Source: Tubulanus polymorphus (lineage: Eukaryota > Animalia > Nemertea). Taken from it: a DNA stretch of 64,000 bases. The stretch spans positions 13,777,062 through 13,841,061 of the forward strand of contig NC_134034.1 of NCBI RefSeq assembly GCF_964204645.1, read 5' to 3'. Below the pieces are notes generated by a model. It had not been told where the DNA came from, ran no database searches, and saw only the letters and a list, made by a program, of their open reading frames with translations. This document shows, piece after piece, positions 58,977 to 64,000 of the stretch (its first letter is position 1; every line of letters starts with the position of its first letter). The position numbers and the translations under genes were made by a program.

Positions 58977-60597
58977 CTGACTGAAGGTAGAGACCGGTAA
59001 CTAGTCTAACCTCGATAATGAATGGGACGGGCAGCCAGCCAGTCTAGCTAACTGAACGGGCACGACACCCGCTAGACCGGATGCGAAGATCTGCGCCACC
59101 TAGCACTCAGGCTAGTGTGGCAGGCCTTCGAACCATGACTGGTGGAGTCTCAATGCCCGAATCTCTACGGGGGATGATTCAGTCGACCTGAGATAAAGGT
59201 TGTATCAGTGAAAACAGTGGTTCACATCTAGACATAGTAATCCTCTCTTTGTGAATGCCCATTCTCTGGTGGATCGATGCTCGTGGGACAGGGGCGGATC
59301 TATTGAACTAATCTCGTTACATGTATCTGTTGGCAATAGAGTGAAGATGACTCAACTCTGGTCTGAGCATGGACGTGATGGTCTGAGACAACACGGCTTC
59401 TGAAGTACAGAGTAATCTTATAGATAACCAACAAATATTTGTTTCACAGTTTATAACATTTTGTTATTATTTACCCTAAAAGCGATAGCTTTAAGACATA
59501 AGACACAAACCTTTACGCACATAGTCAGTTAGATATATCGTGAATTTCAACCTTACCCCTTAATTTACCGTCATGAAATAACCACATTTGTTAATGCAAC
59601 AAAGAAATCAGTCTTTCAACAGATAAATAGTTCGAGAAATATGATTTCTAGGACCCGGGTTTCATAGACGAAACCGGGAAACTTCAAAGTTAATTCAGCA
59701 TTTTGTTATTCTAGATTTATGTAGACATTTGAAAATAAAATCATTGAATCAAATTCATAATCGCTGAACCGGATCGTACCATGGTCTATGAACACGCGAC
59801 GGTTCTATCAGAACCGGGGAATTTTAAACTTATTCTTTCTCTGAAATGAATTCATGAAATCGATTGCTATTCATCGTTTCGTAGAAGATTCCGGTCACGC
59901 GCGCGCCGCACGAGATGTTAAAATGAACATTTTTACAAGACCTCGAAATAAATGCATATTCACAAAATACAACGCACGAAAAACTGAACAAAATTCCTTT
60001 CCAACTTTTCGTCAAAGTACAAAAGAATCTGCTTTTAGTTGGGCATCATCGTTCAACTTAACACTGAATATTTTTATGACCCTTTATATAAATGAAACAT
60101 ACCGTACATTATCCAATTTGGACATTCTCTGGAATTGCGGAAATAAATAAATTCTTAGGCCTTAGATACAGCACACTCCGCTTAAGTCATATACTTCGGG
60201 ACCTTAAAAATCACAGGGGCTCACAGTTGAAGTTTGGGGCCTGAACTGTGGGTTAGAACTCACCTTGAGATCCCAGTTGGGATGATCTAAACTACAGTTC
60301 ACCCCGAACTTCAAACACAACCCCTGTGGTAAAAATGTGTCTGATTTGAGTGATAACCGAGTTGGATGATATGTATTTCATGAATAGTGTGGCAAAAATA
60401 TTTCAATAAACGTCAAATGAGTCGAACAGTTATCAATCATAGTTGAACGGATCCGGGACTCGATCAAGTGGAGTCTTCTGTAGTTATATACATTATACAA
60501 ATTGTAGATTCTGCGCAGAAATAACACGATGTGAAACCGTGATTTTTCGACGCTTTTCAGCTATGTAAAGATTTCGAAGCGGCCGCAACCGTCGTCT

Positions 60598-63067
60598 TTA
60601 TTTCTTCGAGAACTGCGAGCTCAACGCCTCGCCGATACTGCCCGGTTTCGCATCACCGCCTGATGACGACGTTCCAGCCTGTGCCACTTCACCTTGACCC
60701 TGTACGACGAAAAAAAATAAACAAACAAAAATTAATCGAATACGTTCGTGTAAAATGTTCGTACGCACAGGGGTACCGCGTTACTGTTACAGGCCGAGTA
60801 TTTATTTATTAGCCAGTGATCGGGTGGCGTAAAGCCTAGCGCGCACAGCAATATATGAACCCAAAACGTATTTCTCGCTTGTTACGTGTTGCAGTACGCG
60901 ATAACAGCGAATAAATAGTTGAATTTTGGTAGATAGTTGAATGAATGATAAAACCTGTTATCACGAGATTAATTCGCTGTGCGCGTTAAGCTTTAGCTGA
61001 TGCCCCTCTCGGCTGAAGTTTTGACCTCTCGTCATTTTTCGAGTATAAACCAACATAACGAATACCGGTTATTTTTATGTGCCTCCGGTTTCAAGTAGGC
61101 GGTTCGAAATATTTATCTTGGCCTCTTTATAAATGTGCAAGTTGTCAACTGTTTAACTGTAAATTCTCTTGTCACTTTAGTTTCATGAATCTATCAATTT
61201 TACTTGAAATACGTAATCATCGTGTAGTGGCCTAGGCCCGATCAAGAATTCGGCCTTCTGACGAACGAAGGAGATGCATTCTCCCTATACTGACTATTCC
61301 CGACAACCTGGGACACAGGCGAATACGTCCAGGATTACGAATTATGAATTTAACAAAATCGAAATGGCCTTTAACCCTGAAACAATTACAATTGGCCCTT
61401 GACATCGAACTGGCAATTTCGAAGGGGTTTTTGTTAGGAAAAACGGTTGTTTTCACGATGTAATATGAATTGAAAACCATTGCATTTCGAATAGAGATGC
61501 TGCCCTGTACATTTCTATTAGCTGCTCGAATTTCCAGTTAGTGTTAATACATGTACCGTATTATAAACTCTTTGAATATAATCAGCAAAACTTACAATAT
61601 TTCTTTAAAACCAACTCATTCCGATAAATCTGAGAATGAATTTCTAAGGCTTTGGCCGCGTATGACAGCTCCGAACACTGACCAACCGATCCAGTTCCAC
61701 CGTAGTCGGCTTCACCAGTTGTTAAATCGTTAATATTGTTTCAAGACCCGACTTTAAGTCGGGATTGGATTGGTTTGGTTATACAGTGGAAGTTCGTCAT
61801 AACGAAACTCGGGGATGCAATATGAAAAGCCAGGACTCATCCCAAACTAATGACAATATCAGTTACGGGTACAATGAATAGATTTGCTGGTGCCTCGAAG
61901 TTCGTTCGTAATGAGGCTCCACTGTAAACCCATATCGGTGGATATTCGATTATTACAGCACTAAACAGGTTATCACTGCATCTGAGCCATTTCACAGAAT
62001 GACTTAGTACTTAATTCAACAGTTCTAAGAGGAGTATAGGAGATACGCTATGGTTAGCAGACGGTTTTCTGCACCAAGCCCTATGCCGATAGGGCCATTT
62101 GTTGAGTACGTGCACATCTATGGTGGGTGGGTTAAAATTTGGCCATATCTGCCTTTGTACAATACACACATATTATGTATAATACTGTTAGAATCTACTA
62201 TTGTACAAAATTACATTTATGAGAAGGGGGTTGATAATAATCAGATTTCACATACATTTGTATAAACTTCTCAGGTCTCCATCAGACCAGTCTCTACATC
62301 TTATTGAGGAATACACTGTAGAAATGGCTCCAGTATTAGATTCTAGTATTACTGCTGCGTGGATAACGTAGTAAAATAATCCCAGATCGTATCAATCAGG
62401 CCTATCAGAATCCTCCTATACGAGGTCGACCTACACAGAAAACACTCTAGTTACCTCTCATCTCGGTTTGTCATCCTCGTAATGTATCTATCATTGTCCG
62501 TTTATATCGAATTAGGCCAAAAATGGCGGCTTGATTTATTAAATAACGACCATATTGGGTGTCGGTAGGCCTAGCGTTAACCAACAACCCAATATTATAT
62601 TTATTTATTCTATCAATTCACGCGTCAAACTTTAGATTAGTAAGAGTACAATTGTACACCAGATTCCACGAAAATACCATTCTTTATAATGCGTTAACAA
62701 GGTGGCCACTTTCCACCCATTTTCAAATCCCCTCATTTTTCAATGTTTACACATTTAAGGTTCAAAACGTTCATTAATTTTTCAGATTCCCTGAGTATTT
62801 TTTCCAGGTATTGCAGGTTAGTGACCACCTTTGTTAAAATATTCTTCTTGGCCCGACAGACTTTCACTGCGCTAATCAAGCATAATTAGCTAAAGGAATC
62901 TGAGGGGCCGTTCGAGGGCGCCTTGCCCCGCGCTACTCGGGAACTGGTTTAAATGCTTCAGACAATCAGGGATTTGAACCCAATGAAAACAAAACGTCAA
63001 CAACGTAAGAATATAAATACTTTATTGTTCGAAATAACGAATTTAAACTCGACCTATAAACAATAAG

Positions 63068-63099
<32 letters not shown>

Positions 63100-63909
63100 C
63101 TGAAATAGAAACATTCATTCAACAAAATTAAATCATTTAAAAATTAAACCATCCACTTTCGCAGCCGAATTCAACCAGTCCATTCTCTGAACTGTTATCA
63201 ATTTTCTTCAACGTTGATGAAAAACCTTCACACAGCAACGCGAGATCATCCACAAAACTTTGCGAATTCGTTCTTAGCATTTAAAACAATTTCTCTCAAT
63301 TAGACACAGGGTTCATACGTACTTACTCCTAATTAGTCAATCACGAGAATATGAAGAATTTTCAATGAATATTCGAGGAGAGAATGTCTTCAATTCGAGC
63401 AGGTTTACGTCTACGGGTACATTTTAACGATCATCTTTGCATTTCCAAAATCTAATCAGGATTTAGAGCAATTTCTCAAAATTGTAGAAAATTTGAGGTC
63501 CACTTCTCGAAAATTCAATGTTCAATTAAGCAGAGTTCTCAAACGATCGAGAAGCAGTACGAACCCGGTTAAACAAGACGCAGCCCGAATTCCAAATAGA
63601 AATCTTTGAATTGTAAGTGTTTATTTTTCATCGTATCTTATTTTCGCTTACCGAATTTTCTTGCGACTTTTTGTTCTCTCGGAAAAGTTGAATGGCCAAA
63701 CCAACGGCTTCTTCGATACTTTTACTACCGGCTTCGATCTGTAATTTGAATATTTTTGCACCGATGTTAACGCTGTGCACGGCGGTCAAATAGCAGCGAG
63801 GGGAAAATACAAATAAAGATATAAGCCAATACTGACCAGTACATCGACGAGTTGAGTGACCGTTTGGTGGTCGACATCGCGCGGCAATTTAGCCAATAAC
63901 GCCAGTTTT
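60598..63909 (-). CDS. 3' part of an unidentified gene entering from the window end; candidate exons 63909-63837, 63738-63652, 60699-60598
   Basis: Phase-compatible exons read KLALLAKLPRDVDHQTVTQLVDVL-IEAGSKSIEEAVGLAIQLFRENKKSQENS-GQGEVAQAGTSSSGGDAKPGSIGEALSSQFSKK*; the join to the last exon is uncertain. Confidence 0.4.
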
Positions 63910-64000
63910 CTAAACAGAAAAATAATACAAAATTGCTAAAAAGTACAAAAGTTCAGTAATCCCAACTTAATCCAGATCAAGCAACATTTTATAAAATGAA

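Noticed and set aside
57958-58980. Long ORFs on both strands (340 and 309 aa)
   Set aside because: Both come from the 48-bp satellite; no unique coding flanks.

Overview
AT-rich, intron-containing animal genomic DNA, probably from an invertebrate (taxon inferred, not shown). Gene models were built by hand from GT-AG sites and intron-phase checks. In order: (1) a 3-exon GPI-anchored Ly6/uPAR (Quiver-like) gene on the minus strand whose first coding intron holds an intronless class A GPCR on the plus strand; (2) a 4-exon minus-strand gene for an acidic, low-complexity protein ending in a lone kinase-subdomain-XI-like segment, with a second GPCR nested antisense in its intron; (3) two tandem 4-exon paralogues encoding secreted proteins with a shared 10-Cys framework I cannot assign to a family; (4) two tandem 7-exon proline iminopeptidase (peptidase S33) genes, with an intronic tRNA-Ser(GCT), a U2 snRNA fragment and a MITE; (5) CCDC93 head-to-head with ATP-citrate lyase (ACLY), where ACLY has a candidate 6-nt microexon beside its Akt-type phosphosite and two duplicated alternative last exons; (6) the 3' part of an unidentified minus-strand gene. 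Satellites, MITEs and tRNA-derived SINE-like repeats are interspersed. Best candidates for something new: the 10-Cys secreted pair, the duplicated last exon and microexon of ACLY, and the double nesting of GPCRs.
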